A stretch of DNA of 63,185 nucleotides, the filler included, from Octopus bimaculoides (taxonomy: Eukaryota), in NCBI RefSeq assembly GCF_001194135.2. It is 5 parts of 5 records of this genome, joined end to end, with 100 filler letters (N's around TTAATTAATTAA, not from the genome) between each part and the next. Parts side by side here need not be neighbours in the genome. Positions count along the whole stretch, not along the records: positions 1 to 30,462 come from NC_068983.1; 4 more parts are not named here. One strand, 5' to 3'. The notes beneath the pieces were generated by a model. That model was not told where the DNA came from, ran no database searches, and saw nothing but the letters and a program-made list of their open reading frames with translations. Positions 1-14,129 of this stretch are shown here, in pieces; position 1 is the stretch's first letter, and the number at the start of each line of letters is the position of its first letter. The position numbers and the translations under genes were made by a program.

Positions 1-11
1 TATATATATAT

Positions 12-54
<43 letters not shown>

Positions 55-110
55 TGTGTTTGTCCCCAACATCGCTTGACAACCGACGCTGGTGTGTTTA
101 CGTCCCCGTA
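1..110 (+). mobile_element. SINE family A fragment (internal GT microsatellite plus start of 3' half)
   Basis: gtctgtgtttgtcccc-aacatcgcttgacaaccgacgctggtgtgtttacgtccccgta matches the copies at 30805, 52470, 46471 and 54723. Confidence 0.8.
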
Positions 111-675
111 TATATAAAATAAAAATGTATTAAATACTACAAAACGTGCACGTAGTACAGACACAAGGGTCCTAATTCTTTCTCAGTTATCGACCTAAAG
201 TACTAATACTCTATTTCGTGCCTTTAACGTTAAGACCGGGAACTCCGTATATCGGCGGCATCCGCAAGATTTGTGTAGAATTGGGGCTCGAGCAAGCAAG
301 ACAATAAAGGGTGGACGTACGAAAGTAAACAAATGTAATTTGAAGCGATAAACGAAGACAATAAATAAAGCCTTTCGGCCAAACACGAGAGTGATGGATT
401 AAGCCTGGAAGAAATCCTGAAATGGAAATAGGAACAGAATTAGTAAGAGAGGAGAAAAAGTTGACCAACACGCTAGGCGTCCGATGGCGAAAAGGCAGAA
501 AATAGAGAACAGTCAGGGGTCACTTGTGGGAAGCAGATAGAAGAAAAGGAGGATGAGAGAAAGGGAGAGAGAGTGAATAGGGGAATGAAGGGAGAAAGTC
601 TTCAATTAAGTGTGAGAAGACGAGAGAGAGAGGGGGAGAGAGGAAGTAGGGATGCTAGAAAAGGAATATTAGGAC

Positions 676-699
676 AAGAAAGAAAGAAAGAAAGAAAAA

Positions 700-774
<75 letters not shown>
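676..774. repeat. (GAAA)n microsatellite
   Basis: direct reading. Confidence 0.95.
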
Positions 775-849
775 GCAGTCTTCCACTTGGTTGTTGAACA
801 GGTCTTCCTACTCGACTGATCCACGATCGGCGGCGTTTAACGTTTTGGT

Positions 850-1816
850 AAAGTATTCACTTCTCATTACCTGTAACAAGCCTTCCTAAAAATGGTTCCT
901 TAAGGTGTGGTGAAAGCAATGACTGACAACAAACAAAACGCTGTTACAGATTCTCTTTTGTCAAATTGTTGAATTTATAGTTGATGTCTATCTTCCCAAC
1001 TGGTTTGATATTAAACTAAATCCAAAATGGATTGATGATCCCAGTCACCTTTTCTTTCACTTGCAACTTGTAAGAACACAAAATAAGTTGGTGAAGGATA
1101 TCGTGTTACCCGTGGTGAGGAAGTCCGCAAGTTATGCTCGATCAGAAGCAGTGTTGCAAGCAATGCTTTCCAGCCACTGTTCAAATCTTTGAACTGAGGC
1201 TATAGAAACCATTCCTAGAGGTACATCATTTGAAGATGACCAGTTGAGAGACTGCTCATTTAGTCAAAAAAATGTTGCCCAATTAAATGTCAATGCTTGG
1301 TTCATTTGACTTCTGGGGTCTTGGAACAACCATTGACAACATCCTTAACTAGTAAGAATCTCAAAAGCTTTAAAGATACACCAATGATAGTATCAAAATG
1401 GCCATCACACATACAAAGTGTTGAGAGATGTGTTAAAATGGCCACTGAAGCTGCGAGTCATGTTTATAGTTATGAGAAGCGAGATGGTTACATCAAAGCT
1501 CAAGCAGTCAGCAGGTAACTGATGAAAAGAAACAACAGAAAGGACGATGTGAAGACTTTGACTACTTTCGAATAGTATATTGGAATGTATTATAATATAT
1601 ATGAAACCTGAAACAGAAAGATGCTGGTGAAAACCAATTATGTTCAAAATTCTCAAAACATATAAATTTCAAACTCATATTGATGTAGTTAAGACACAGT
1701 TAAAATTGTTTTTCTTTCCAGAATTTTGTTTTATATGTTAAAAGGCAACAATAAATTACTACCAAAATTGAAGATTATGAATTTTCCTATTTACTCCCCA
1801 AAATTGACACAACCTA
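850..1816 (+). mobile_element. hAT-like (hATm-type) DNA transposon 3' remnant with dead transposase
   Basis: Interrupted frames read EFIVDVYLPNWFDIKLN, ASYARSEAVLQAML and WPSHIQSVERCVKMATEAASHVYSYEKRDGYI (catalytic E region). End ...gacacaaccta at 1816 is TAGG on the opposite strand, which I recall as hATm-like termini. Confidence 0.7.
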
Positions 1817-2044
1817 CTTTAAATGTTAGGGGCCCGCTTAAGCAAATTTTTGCCATCGTTAAATCCAATTTCCAACCACAGCATAAGTACAACTCAGTTT
1901 TAAACTTTCCCACACTTAAATTATCCTATTCAGCTACATCTAATATCGGATCAATTATAGCTACATCTAACAGACGCCAATTTAATAGATATAACTCACA
2001 GACCATGACTATGAATATTACTACTAGTGCGGCGGCTGCTGCTA

Positions 2045-2120
2045 ATGGTTTCAAACTTTGGCACAAAACCAGCAATTTTGGGTAAGGGAGTGAATCGATT
2101 ACATTGACCTCGGTGCTCAG
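2045..2120 (-). mobile_element. SINE family B 3' tail
   Basis: Reverse complement matches the 3' end of the 5378-5600 copy (aaattgctggttttgtgccaaa). Confidence 0.7.
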
Positions 2121-2285
2121 AGTGCGTTGGTTGGCGTTCACTTCTTATTGCTTAATTCATTAAATTAATTCATCATAATATATTGAACTACAGCAAGGAA
2201 TGTGTTATTATTGCCAGAATGACTCTCTTGTAATGTAAATATATACATACATACATACATACATACATACATACATCATACATAA

Positions 2286-2352
<67 letters not shown>

Positions 2353-4364
2353 TATATATATATGTATACACACACATGCATACAAATATATACACGTATA
2401 AATATATATGTATGTTTGTATAACTTCTTGTGTTTGTGTGTTTGTGGACATACATATTAAGTATATGCTTACACAACCGCCATCGTGTAAATAAAGACTG
2501 GATCTCTTATATTACCTGTTTCACATTCACAACAATACAATCTGATAATGTTGAATAGTTTTCTTTAAGTGCCATATTTTAACACACACACAAACACACA
2601 CTCTTTCTCCCTCTATCTATCTATCTGGCTATCCATCTATCTCTGTCTCATTTTCTATTTCTCTCGATCTCTGGCTCTCTGTTTCTTCCTCTCTTTGGGG
2701 AGTCAACTGATCAACCATTGAACATAACCTCTTGTATTTAATTTCCTGTTATCAAAATCTCTTATCTCAAGAGTGTGACTAGAGTAAAAGGATTGACTGC
2801 ACGTTTGTCTGTGAAACTATTATCTTTCTAGAAAACTTAAGGCTGGCATCTAATCAATGCCATTTCGCCATTCTTCCTATTCGTCTCATACACATTTTTC
2901 ACATCATATCTTTATAAAATTCACAGATGTTTAGTCAGAGCAAATGACTAGTGTCTAGAAAAGAAAATAATGATAATAACTTTCAACATAGAAAGTGTGT
3001 CACAGATTTATGGAAAGGAGATAAAGTCGATCAAATCAACCGCAGTGTTTCTACTGCTACTATATTTGTTTGGTTTTAGAAGGTTGAAAAGCAATTTTCT
3101 ATATCTATTTACTCTCCGTGTTCTCATTCTCGCAAGAATGGCTTATTTTGAGCAACACAAGTGGTGCTAGCACTTCTCTCGCTAGGATTGCTAGCTACAG
3201 AGAGGAGAGAACAAGAACAGGGAAAATATGGGAACAAGAAAAGCACCTTTTTCCTTTCGGTCGTTATTAAAGTGCGAACAAGGAGGAAGGCCACATCCCT
3301 TTACATCTCTAAAATTAACACGGGGTGCTTTCCGTGATCTCTTAGAGCAACAACTGAAGGTAAGCTTAGCTGATATGTATGTGGTCGGCTGCGAGTTCTG
3401 AAAAACGTATGAATTTCTTATGCTATGCTTCAATCTGTATTCAATGGTGCACCTGGGAATTTCTGGCAGCAACTGTTTCTGGAATCTTCAATTGCTGGCG
3501 CTGCTTTTTTCCATTTCTCTCTTTCTCTGCCTTCCAAACGCTTCAGGGAACAAAAGCTCTCAAAGAGATCATACAATCACACGTGTAGCAGCTGGGTTTT
3601 CTGGGGAATTATATGAGACCATACTGGACCCTTCAGACCACATGTCGTTTCTGGTCACTTCAGCGCTCTGGCCCAGTATGTACTCTACCACGAAGTGGTA
3701 ATGAGGTAAAGGTCAACGTCAAAGACAATATCCTTCATCCTGACCCTCGTGTTGCATCATTCTAGCTTTTACATCACGAGTTTGTAAGTTGAGAGATGAT
3801 ACAGCAACTCACCTTTCTTTCTCATCTCATCCTTTGTTTTAAACAAACAACGGTCCCACAAGCCCTATCCCGACCAATAAAGGAATATCTCTCAACATAT
3901 CAAGAAAGGCTTGGTCGTTCATGGACACTCTTTTCTTTATGGCTAGCGTTGCTAGCCAAAGAGAGAAGTAAACATGAGATTGCATTGGTGTTGTTGATGT
4001 TTTCGGCGGTAGTAATCTTTAAAATAGTTCAGATTAATGGTTTTAACTTAAAATATCATTGTTCTTTTGTGTAAAAGTTTGTTGATCTTATGGTGAAATT
4101 GAATTTGCCTTGCTATTATTTTTTGTTTTATTTTCCGCGTTTATTTTGTCTTTTAAAGTAAAGAGGATTCTGTGACAGGAAGCTATTTTTAGTTAAATAT
4201 AAATACAAAATGAAAAACAATTAGATCCCAAAATAATACTTATTTACGCCTCTCCTGTTAGACGTCCAATGCGTTCCAGGAGGTCCCTTATTGAAAATTA
4301 TAAGAAACAAACCCAAACCTCCAGGAGATCGAAATAATGTTTCTATCAAAGGTAACTATGGTTA

Positions 4365-4403
<39 letters not shown>

Positions 4404-4449
4404 GTTGTTGTTGTTGTTGTTGTTCTTGTTCTTGTTGTTCTTGTTGTTC

Positions 4450-4805
4450 TTGTTCTTGTTATTATTTAAGACGTCACACAGTATCCAATATCGTGATGTT
4501 ACTTGAAGATATTGTGTCTACCGGGGATTCGTACTGTCTGTCAAGTCCCAAAAAGGACCTCAGACAGACAGTACTTTACGCAATATGCATGTAGTTCCAA
4601 GTAAAGCCGATTTTTGCACTACACCTTGGTTGTAGGATATTTCTAAAGTTTACAGATGTTTCTTCACGTTGGATGGTATTGAACCCAATGTTCTGATGAC
4701 TACAGAGACAACCTTTATGTTTGACTCTCGTAGCTGCCACATCTTGGCGATCTCAATTCTCAGGTCTCCGTATTTATCAATCGTTTCTTCTTCTTCTTCT
4801 TCTTC

Positions 4806-4885
<80 letters not shown>

Positions 4886-5250
4886 TGGTAGAATCGTTAG
4901 TACACCGGGCAAAATGCCTAGCGGGCTATTTCGTACTTAAGAGGGTTGTATTTATCTATTTTTCACCTCCCTTCTTGACTATTTGTGGGTCAATGAGGCA
5001 TGCAACATCAACTAAATATCAAATGTGATGTACCTTGTCCACCACCACTAGGCCCGGTCTGTTATGCTCTAGCACCTGATCTGTTTGAATTGGGAAGCCA
5101 TAGAGGATTTTGCTAGTCTCCGACTCCGCCACTCTCTGCGGTTTGTGCTCATGCCACGTCTTGCCTCTCTCTAGCCCCCACTTTTCGCACAGCTTCCAAG
5201 GTAGCACTTTCGCTACCTCATCGTTTCGCCACAACTTGTAGTGGTTTTGG
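4450..5250 (-). mobile_element. R4/Dong-like LINE 3' fragment (restriction-like endonuclease), split by microsatellites and a SINE B head
   Basis: WKLCEKWGLERGKTWHEHKPQ...IQTDQVLEHNRPGLVVVDK, then IDKYGDLRIEIAKMWQL...QKSALLGTTCILRKVLSV*. Confidence 0.8.
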
Positions 5251-5275
5251 GCAAGTCTGGGGCATTCTTATTATT

Positions 5276-5354
<79 letters not shown>

Positions 5355-5377
5355 ATGTATTATCATCATCATCAAGA

Positions 5378-5600
5378 AGGTGGTGAGCTGGCAGAATCGT
5401 TAGCACACCGGGCAAAATGCTTAGCGTCATTTCGTCTGAATTTACATTCTGAGTTCAAGTTCCACGAAGGTCAACTTTACCTTTCATCCTTTCGGGGTCT
5501 ATAAAATAAGTACCAGCTGAACACTGGGGGTCGATATCATCGACTTATCCCTTCCCCCGAACTTGCTGGCCTTGTGCTAAAATTCGAAATCATTATTATA
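5378..5600 (+). mobile_element. tRNA-derived SINE family B, full length
   Basis: Head gagctggcagaatcgttagc...gagttcaag; central ctttcatcctttcggggtctataaaataagtaccag; (ATT) tail. Confidence 0.85.
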
Positions 5601-8600
5601 ATTATCACTGGTTTTTACTTTTAATCTGCATGTTTGATGCAATCACTTGCCGGGGCACACCCAGCGCCCAAAGGGAAAGTGAAAGTTAAGAGATGTTGAA
5701 ATATAACCGAAAGCCTGGTGAAGGTAAGTGGCGGGGACAGTAGAAAAATGTTTCCATATAGTACAACACAAACATTTAAATTGATAGGGTTTTTCTAAGG
5801 ATGTACTTGTCAGCACAATCTTTTGGATTTCCTTCAGACATGGTTCTCTTGAGATGTTGGCTAAATATTTCTGGCATCCCCTTTTATCATATTTAAGGCA
5901 CCTACAATAACAGGAACAGTTTTTGCTTTAATGCACATCTAGTGTATTTCAAATACAATTCTTTTGTATTTCAATTAATGCACATCTTTTGTATTTCAAT
6001 TAATGCACATCTTTTCTATTTCAATTATATTTACTAAGTTTGTCAAATTCCTTTACAGATATGTTTTTATTAGTGGGAGCTCTACATTTATTACTCTGCA
6101 AGTATTTCTCCCTGTCTTTAATAATTATGTCTGGTAGATTAGACATAGTCTTGATCGTTCTGTAAGTGTTGACTGAAAAATCCCAGAGGGTGGTGACATT
6201 TTTACCTTCAGCGACTTGTTCATGGTGATGTTCGTACCAGTAACCAGGAGTGCCTATTGTGTAGTGTTTACAAATTTTACAATGTAAATACTATCCTACC
6301 CTGTCTTGACGATTCTTCCATTCGTTTGGTATCAGCACAGGACATCCCGAAATGTGATGGTCTACTTTTTCGTCACATGTGTCGCAGAATTTGCATTTAG
6401 GGTCAGTACCGTTTTGGAGAACGTTAGCCTGGACTCCTCAGTCACTGATGGATTGTTGCTTGGTCTACAACATTTTGGTTTCGGAGAATACATTGTCTAT
6501 GCAGGGGCTTCTGGCTCCACCACTTCTCAATTTGTTTCTGCCCGTTCTTTTTTACAGTCTGCTTGATTCGTTTCGCTTGCAATGGTTTCAGGCTCCTCAT
6601 CTAATTCAGGGTTTGCGCCAAGTTCCCTTTCGAATTTATAAGCTTCCTTCACAATAGAATGTGACTTTTTGCTGCTTTCATGTTCGCACACAAATCGCAG
6701 CATCCAGTCCTCTGTACTAGATAAGTACCTGTTCATTCCAGTAGTGCAGGTCTTATAGCACAGTTCTAATTGCATCATTCCTCTTCCCCCACTGCTTCTA
6801 GGTAAGTACAGACGATCTACGTCTGCCTACATCTGCACGTTCTTGAACCTTAATAGTGTTCTTGTCTTCCTATCCAGGTGTTGGAGTTCCGTAGGATTCT
6901 AGCTTATGATGTTAAAACTGTATTGGGCTATTAGAAGTGCTAGTGTGTTAATGGCTTAAGGACCTTGAGTATCCATTTATGTGCGACACTATCAAAAAAG
7001 CTTTCCTGTAGTCTATTCATGTGAGGAACTGTCAAACACTTTCTATAGTCTATCCATGCCATGTCTTGTTTTTGTTCCGGGAATTATCTACAATCATTTT
7101 ATTTATGAGCAATTTTTGAACATGTGGAAAGTTTTGTTCAAGGAAAACGTACATTCTTTCAGTTATTGTGGGTGTGAGGATCTTGTTGGTGGTGTACAGA
7201 CATGTTATTAGTCGTTAATTCTTTAGTTTTTTTTTTTGTGTCCTCGGTTTGTGGTCGTAGGTAAGTAGTTTTTCAGTCGCTCTGAGTTCAGAATGATATC
7301 AGTTTAGAGATACAATGAGATTTTCGTGTACTTCTATCAAACAATTCAACCATAAATTAGGGATCTAATCCAGTCCTGGAGTTTTCCATTTGTGAGACTT
7401 TCTAAGAACATCCCTTAGCTCTTCTATTCTTATTGCTTTCCATTTCTATTCTTCAAGTTCATCTAGTCTCTCTTTGTGACGTTTTATTCAGTAAGCTTCA
7501 GCATTAAACTCTTTTTTGTTGATCCATTTCTTTTTCCAGAACTCTTCCACTTCCTCAATCTTGGGTTGTTTCTTTATCTCTAACTTACTTTTGTCAATTT
7601 CCCCATAAAATTTCTTTGCATCTGTCTTGAATATTTTGTTTTGTCGATAAAATTTGATTCATTTATCATACCTTCTAAGCTGTTAGACTTTCAACTGTAT
7701 ACGCTGTTCCTTAGTTGCCGGGAGGTTTATAAAATCTTTGACTTCATATTTTTGCTTGATTTTTCTAGCTTTTCCCGTCTTGATATTTACTCTTCTAACA
7801 AGTTCATCGAGAACTGATTTATCCGCCCGCAGAGATTCAATCTCTTTTTCTTTAGCTACTTTCCACTTAGGAGGTTTGTTGACATGTTTGGGCTTTTTTC
7901 TTTGCCGTCTTAATGCCTACTAGTTAGGCTGTTATTACTTCAGCAGTGGAATAGATGGGATTATTTAAGGTTGTAATATCATTTCCCTTATTTCTTAAGA
8001 CCTGCCTAAGAGCAATGTTATATATTATGATTTTAGCGGTTTTCTGTTAATCATATCAATAAACTCAATCTTGCTGAGTTCTCTCATAATGTTTTCTTTT
8101 GCTTCCGTAACCTTTTTCTCTATTATACACCTCAAATTCTGCCATATCTATTCTGGTTTTCTTGAGGTAGGTCTACGTTCGCCTTTTTTCCCACTTCTCT
8201 TTCCTTCGTTATTCTTTGTTTAGCGACCGCGTTGAGAAGCTGATTTACTGATGTGCTTCTGTTACTTATTTCCTCTACATTGTTGCGGTTTTCATTTGAT
8301 CCACCATGAGATATTTGTGTCCTATCTTGGTCAATTTCAGCGTCAGTCAATCTTTTGTTCTAAATGATATCTCTACCTACATTACTTAATTTATTTGCAT
8401 CTATAATATCTACATTCTTCATTGTCTACTAAACCTCTCCATGAAATGTATGTTTGTACAATGAGGTTATTGTTTGGATTTAGATGGGTTGTATAAAAAA
8501 CTTTCAAAACACCTCTATAGTCCTCAGTAGTCCATTTTATGCATTTTGCTTTAGGTGGTGTTTTTGGTGCGTCACTACAGTTCTAGAGCAGCGATTATCA

Positions 8601-8815
8601 TGGATCATCATTTTGAGAGTTTGTTCCAGTTGCAGACTTTTCATCATCAATCTGGTTCCCTACTGGATAACGCGGCCCTTGTTGTCCCGAGTGATGACCA
8701 ATTCGGCGTAAGTTTAAGCTTGTTGTCATTAAACCATTAACGATAACATTAGGAGACGGGTCTTTTTGTTCAGAGTAAATTTTTTGACAGGACACGGCTT
8801 CCGAGTTCTTTATTA
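5600..8815 (-). mobile_element. Near full-length degenerate R4/Dong-like LINE (RT + CCHC + RLE)
   Basis: Frames with stops read FYRQNKIFKTDAKKFYGEI...EEFWKK, WKTPGLD, KVFDSSSH, DRLYLPRSSGGRGMMQLE, CKFCDTCDEKVDHHISGCPVL and LWDFSV...PDIIIKD. Both ends lie in TAA/TTA repeats. Confidence 0.85.
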
Positions 8816-8818
8816 TTA

Positions 8819-8880
<62 letters not shown>

Positions 8881-10760
8881 GGTGATTGGTAGAATCGGTA
8901 TATTNNNNNNNNNNATATATATAAATATGTGTGAGTGAATATATGTATGGATGGATTAAAATAGATAGGTAGGTTTGTTAGTATAAAGGTAGGTAGGTAG
9001 GTAGGTAGGTAGGTAGGTAGTTTAATAAATAGAGATAGAGAGAGAGAGATGTATGTACATATATATATGAGAGTATACATACACTTATACGTATACATAC
9101 AAATGTATGTATGTATATGTATGCGTGCGTGTGTGTATACATTTATATATACACATGTCTACGCACACACACATATATATATACTTACACACCTAGACAT
9201 ATACATAATATATACACATATAAATAGTTATATACGTATATATATATGAATATAAATATATATAAAGATATGTAAGTGAATGTGCATATATCTACGTATA
9301 TACATACACACTCACACACACACACATGTAAATATATTCACAAAATATAGATCCTCACAAAAATATTCCATGCATGTATGTACCCACATACATTTACATA
9401 TAATACACGCACACACACATATATGTGTACGTGTTTATATAGACTCATATATATTGCCTATAGTTAAGTAAGTATTGCTGTATGTATGTATNNNNNNNNN
9501 NNNNNNNNNNNNNNNNNNNNNNNNNNNNNNNNNNNNNNNNNNNNNNNNNNNNNNNNNNNNNNNNNNNNNNNNNNNNNNNNNNNNNNNNNNNNNNNNNNNN
9601 NNNNNNNNNNNNNNNNNNNNNNNNNNNNNNNNNNNNNNNNNNNNNNNNNNNNNNNNNNNNNNNNNNNNNNNNNNNNNNNNNNNNNNNNNNNNNNNNNNNN
9701 NNNNNNNNNNNNNNNNNNNNNNNNNNNNNNNNNNNNNNNNNNNNNNNNNNNNNNNNNNNNNNNNNNNNNNNNNNNNNNNNNNNNNNNNNNNNNNNNNNNN
9801 NNNNNNNNNNNNNNNNNNNNNNNNNNNNNNNNNNNNNNNNNNNNNNNNNNNNNNNNNNNNNNNNNNNNNNNNNNNNNNNNNNNNNNNNNNNNNNNNNNNN
9901 NNNNNNNNNNNNNNNNNNNNNNNNNNNNNNNNNNNNNNNNNNNNNNNNNNNNNNNNNNNNNNNNNNNNNNNNNNNNNNNNNNNNNNNNNNNNNNNNNNNN
10001 NNNNNNNNNNNNNNNNNNNNNNNNNNNNNNNNNNNNNNNNNNNNNNNNNNNNNNNNNGTGATTATTTGTAAAGTATGTATGGATGTATATGTACGCATAT
10101 GCATATATGCGTGTGTATGTGTGCAATTGTGTGTGCAATTGTGTGTGCAATTGTGTGTGATTGTGTATGTGTGATTGCATGTGTGCCTGTGTTTGTGGGT
10201 GTGGGTGTGATTTTGTGTGTGTGGGTGGGTGTGTGTGTGTGTGCGTGTGTGTATGATTGCGCGTATGTGTCTGTGTGTGCGAGTGTTTTATGCGTAACAC
10301 CAATACCATTACCTCTAAGCCTCGCAACGTGGAATGGTGCATTTTAAGGAATTATCTTCATTCTTCCTTTCTGTAAATGCTTTCCAAAGAAATTTGTCTT
10401 GACAGTGGAAATTTGGCAGCCATTAAAGATGGCGTCTTGTAGAAGAGTGTCTACTGGAGGCCATTTTGTTGGAGTGCTCTGTTCGTTTTTCTACGTGAAA
10501 TTACAGCTTTAATGAATATAGAGTATGTGTAGTGAATGGCATGGGGTCTTTTCCTTGACTCTCCTTTTCGACCATCATCACCACCACCACCACCACCATC
10601 ACCATCTTCTCTTTCTTTTCCGTTAGCTTTTTTTTTCATGTATTTTGCTCTGTGTATTGTTGTTGTTGTTGTTGTTGTTAGTGATAGTGATGTTGTTTTC
10701 TATTGTTTCTTTGTGTTTTACATGCTTGTTTATAATAATAGTAATAATAATAATAATAAC

Positions 10761-10804
<44 letters not shown>

Positions 10805-11427
10805 TAATCGTGTTGATGGCGATGATGATCATGATAGTGATTACGATGATGATTATAAGGAGGATAATAATGAGGAAGATGATGATGACGATANNNNNNN
10901 NNNNNNNNNNNNNNNNNNNNNNNNNNNNNNNNNNNNNNNNNNNNNNNNNNNNNNNNNNNNNNNNNNNNNNNNNNNNNNNNNNNNNNNNNNNNNNNNNNNN
11001 NNNNNNNNNNNNNNNNNNNNNNNNNNNNNNNNNNNNNNNNNNNNNNNNNNNNNNNNNNNNNNNNNNNNNNNNNNNNNNNNNNNNNNNNNNNNNNNNNNNN
11101 NNNNNNNNNNNNNNNNNNNNNNNNNNNNNNNNNNNNNNNNNNNNNNNNNNNNNNNNNNNNNNNNNNNNNNNNNNNNNNNNNNNNNNNNNNNNNNNNNNNN
11201 NNNNNNNNNNNNNNNNNNNNNNNNNNNNNNNNNNNNNNNNNNNNNNNNNNNNNNNNNNNNNNNNNNNNNNNNNNNNNNNNNNNNNNNNNNNNNNNNNNNN
11301 NNNNNNNNNNNNNNNNNNNNNNNNNNNNNNNNNNNNNNNNNNNNNNNNNNNNNNNNNNNNNNNNNNNNNNNNNNNNNNNNNNNNNNNNNNNNNNNNNNNN
11401 NNNNNNNNNNNNNNAGGAGAGGAGGAA

Positions 11428-11461
<34 letters not shown>

Positions 11462-11619
11462 GTGGTGGTGATGGTGAGGTATGATGGTAATAATAATGAT
11501 GCTGTTAATCTTGTTTCTTGTGTATGTCGCTGTTGCTGCTGCTGCTGCTATCGGGAAAGGAGACAATGTGTGCAGAATGTCAGAGGTCGTTGCTTGAAGG
11601 TTAGTCGTAGTAAGAGAAT

Positions 11620-11684
<65 letters not shown>

Positions 11685-11708
11685 CAACAGCAGCAGCATA
11701 TGTACAGG

Positions 11709-11740
<32 letters not shown>

Positions 11741-12278
11741 TCATGTGTGTATATATGTATATGTACGTGTGTGTGTGTATGTGTGTGTGTGTGTCTATGA
11801 TGTAAAAAGGGGGTAAAGTAGTACGCAGTTCACATAATATGGTTGATTTATTCATTAAAACTTAGTATCCACCGTCATTGGTCACAGTATGAATCTACAG
11901 TAAGTGTTACTTCACGCTTCTGAATTACCGTTTAAACATATATACGAATGTAGACAAACGTGTATCGAACGCTGCTTATTATAACCGTGAGTAATGTTAA
12001 CTGACTCTTGTCACCAAAATCAGTGGATGGACTTTGCTGCAGTGTAATAACAATAAGCGACTTCCACTGTATGTATGTGAGTGTTTGTGTAATTACAAGT
12101 ATATGTGCTAAGCATAGCTGCGTGTATATGAACATATACCCATATAAGTCTGTGTGTGCTTGTGGGGATGAGGAGAGCTTGAGAGGCAGAGAGAGAAGGA
12201 GCGGGAGACACAGAGAGAAGGGGACCGAGAGAGAAAGGGACAGAGAAAGGGGGACAGAGAGAAGGGGAAAGAGAGAGG

Positions 12279-12313
<35 letters not shown>

Positions 12314-13084
12314 AGAAAGAGAGAGAACAGAAAGAGAGAGAACAGAAAGAGAGAGAACAGAAAGAGAGAGAACAGAAAGAGAGAGAGGACAGAGAGAGAA
12401 AGATCGTGCCTCCGTGTACTCTGGGTTTAATTTTCAAATATCCCATTTATAGAATAGGATCTGGTTTCGAACCCAGAAACAAAAGGTTCATTTTTTTTTT
12501 CACTAGAATCTAGGCATCAGTTGAGTATATATGCATTTATGTATGTTCATTCTTCTCTTTCTCTTTGACCAGCCACCGACTTGGTAGCAAGGTTATGAAG
12601 GAAAGCATCTTGTTTCAACCATCATCCTTTAAATCTTAAAAAGATCTTGCAGGTTTTTATAGTCTCAGACCTCGTGATCATTTGCATGAATTAAGGATTT
12701 GTGTTCAATCCCCAACATCCGAAGTTCAGCCATACTTTGCCCCATACGTGTTCGTATGTATCTTGTTGCTCTAATAGCAATAATATATGGATGTATATGC
12801 GTCAATGTGCAGCCATGGATATTACTGTTTGTGTGGATCTGTGTTTTGTCCAAATACCTACTAATAATTACAGCTATAAATCCAAAGCTATGAAATGTCT
12901 CCAGACTTCGGCATTGATGTTTTCTTTTCCATTAATATCTAAACACAGTATGATGTTAACGTCTGCTGTACACAACTACGATTTCCACAACTACGAACCA
13001 TTTCTTTACACTGTATCAGACTTGTATTAAGACGGAGGAGGCGCTTTATGGCTCTCAACAAACACAATCATACTGTTGTTTCTT

Positions 13085-13200
13085 GGCAAGCTGGCAGAAT
13101 CGTCACCGCGCCGAACAAAATGCTTAGCGACATTTATTCCGACTTTACGCTCTGAGTTCAAATACCGTCGGGGTCGACTTTGCTTATCATCATTTGAGAG
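13085..13200 (+). mobile_element. SINE family B 5' part
   Basis: aagctggcagaatcg...ctgagttcaaataccgtcggggtcgactttgc. Confidence 0.8.
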
Positions 13201-13219
13201 GGGGGAAATATAGATGCAA

Positions 13220-13340
13220 GAGTGATTGTGTGGTAAGAAGTTTCCCGGGTTCAATCCCACTGCATGACACCTTGGGCAAGTGTCTTCTACCATAGCCTCG
13301 GGCCAACCAAAGCCTTGTGAGTGGATTTGATACATGGATT
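13220..13340 (+). mobile_element. SINE family A head (tRNA-derived, CORE-like accttgggcaagt)
   Basis: tgtgtggtaagaag...gggttcaatcccactgc...accttgggcaagtgtcttcta. Confidence 0.8.
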
Positions 13341-13513
13341 TGCTGATGTTCAGGCTGTTGTTGCTATCGTCTTCCAAAGAGAAGTAGCTGTCATGATGGC
13401 GGTCGTGATGGTCAGCAGTGCCGTGGTGATGGTGATCGTGATGGTCATGCTGACGAAAACGTGTGCAGAATATCAGAGTTCGTTACTTGAAGGTTAGTTA
13501 TAGTAAGAGACAT

Positions 13514-13559
<46 letters not shown>

Positions 13560-14010
13560 GAGGAGGAGGAGGAGGAGGAGGAGGAGGAGGAGGGGGAGAA
13601 GCAGGAGAAGCAACAGCAGCAGCATATATATAGATATTATTGGTATTGTGAGATTTAATATAGGGGAGTTATAGACAGATACACGCACACATGTATCTGT
13701 AGTGTGTATATATGTATATTGCCAGCCAAATAATGCTGAAATGGGCATCTAACATTCTCACCACCATTGCTGGACGATTATCGCCATTACTGATATATTT
13801 TTAAGCATCTTTAACACAGTAAGTCCATAAGACGAATACTGCAGTTAATTTGGCTTTGTGACATATTTGCGTCGTTGAGTGTGATACAGATTTATATATA
13901 TATATATATATACATTTGTGCGTGTATGTGTGTGTGTACACATACATACATTCATACATACATACACACACATACATACACACACACACATACATACATA
14001 CATACATACA

Positions 14011-14044
<34 letters not shown>

Positions 14045-14129
14045 CGTACATACATACATACATATATACATACATACATACATATATACATACATACATA
14101 CATACATACATACATACATACATACATAC

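Noticed and set aside
110-660. Complex segment interrupting the SINE at 110 (ORFs 195-386 and 211-471)
   Set aside because: No recognisable protein or terminal structure; probably an unclassified repeat
2690-4230. GC-richer block with several 60-90 aa ORFs and weak inverted acttctctc/gagagaagt motifs
   Set aside because: No domain motif is recognisable and the inverted match is too short
10426-10436. AAGATGGCG YY1-like motif
   Set aside because: Isolated, with no supporting promoter elements
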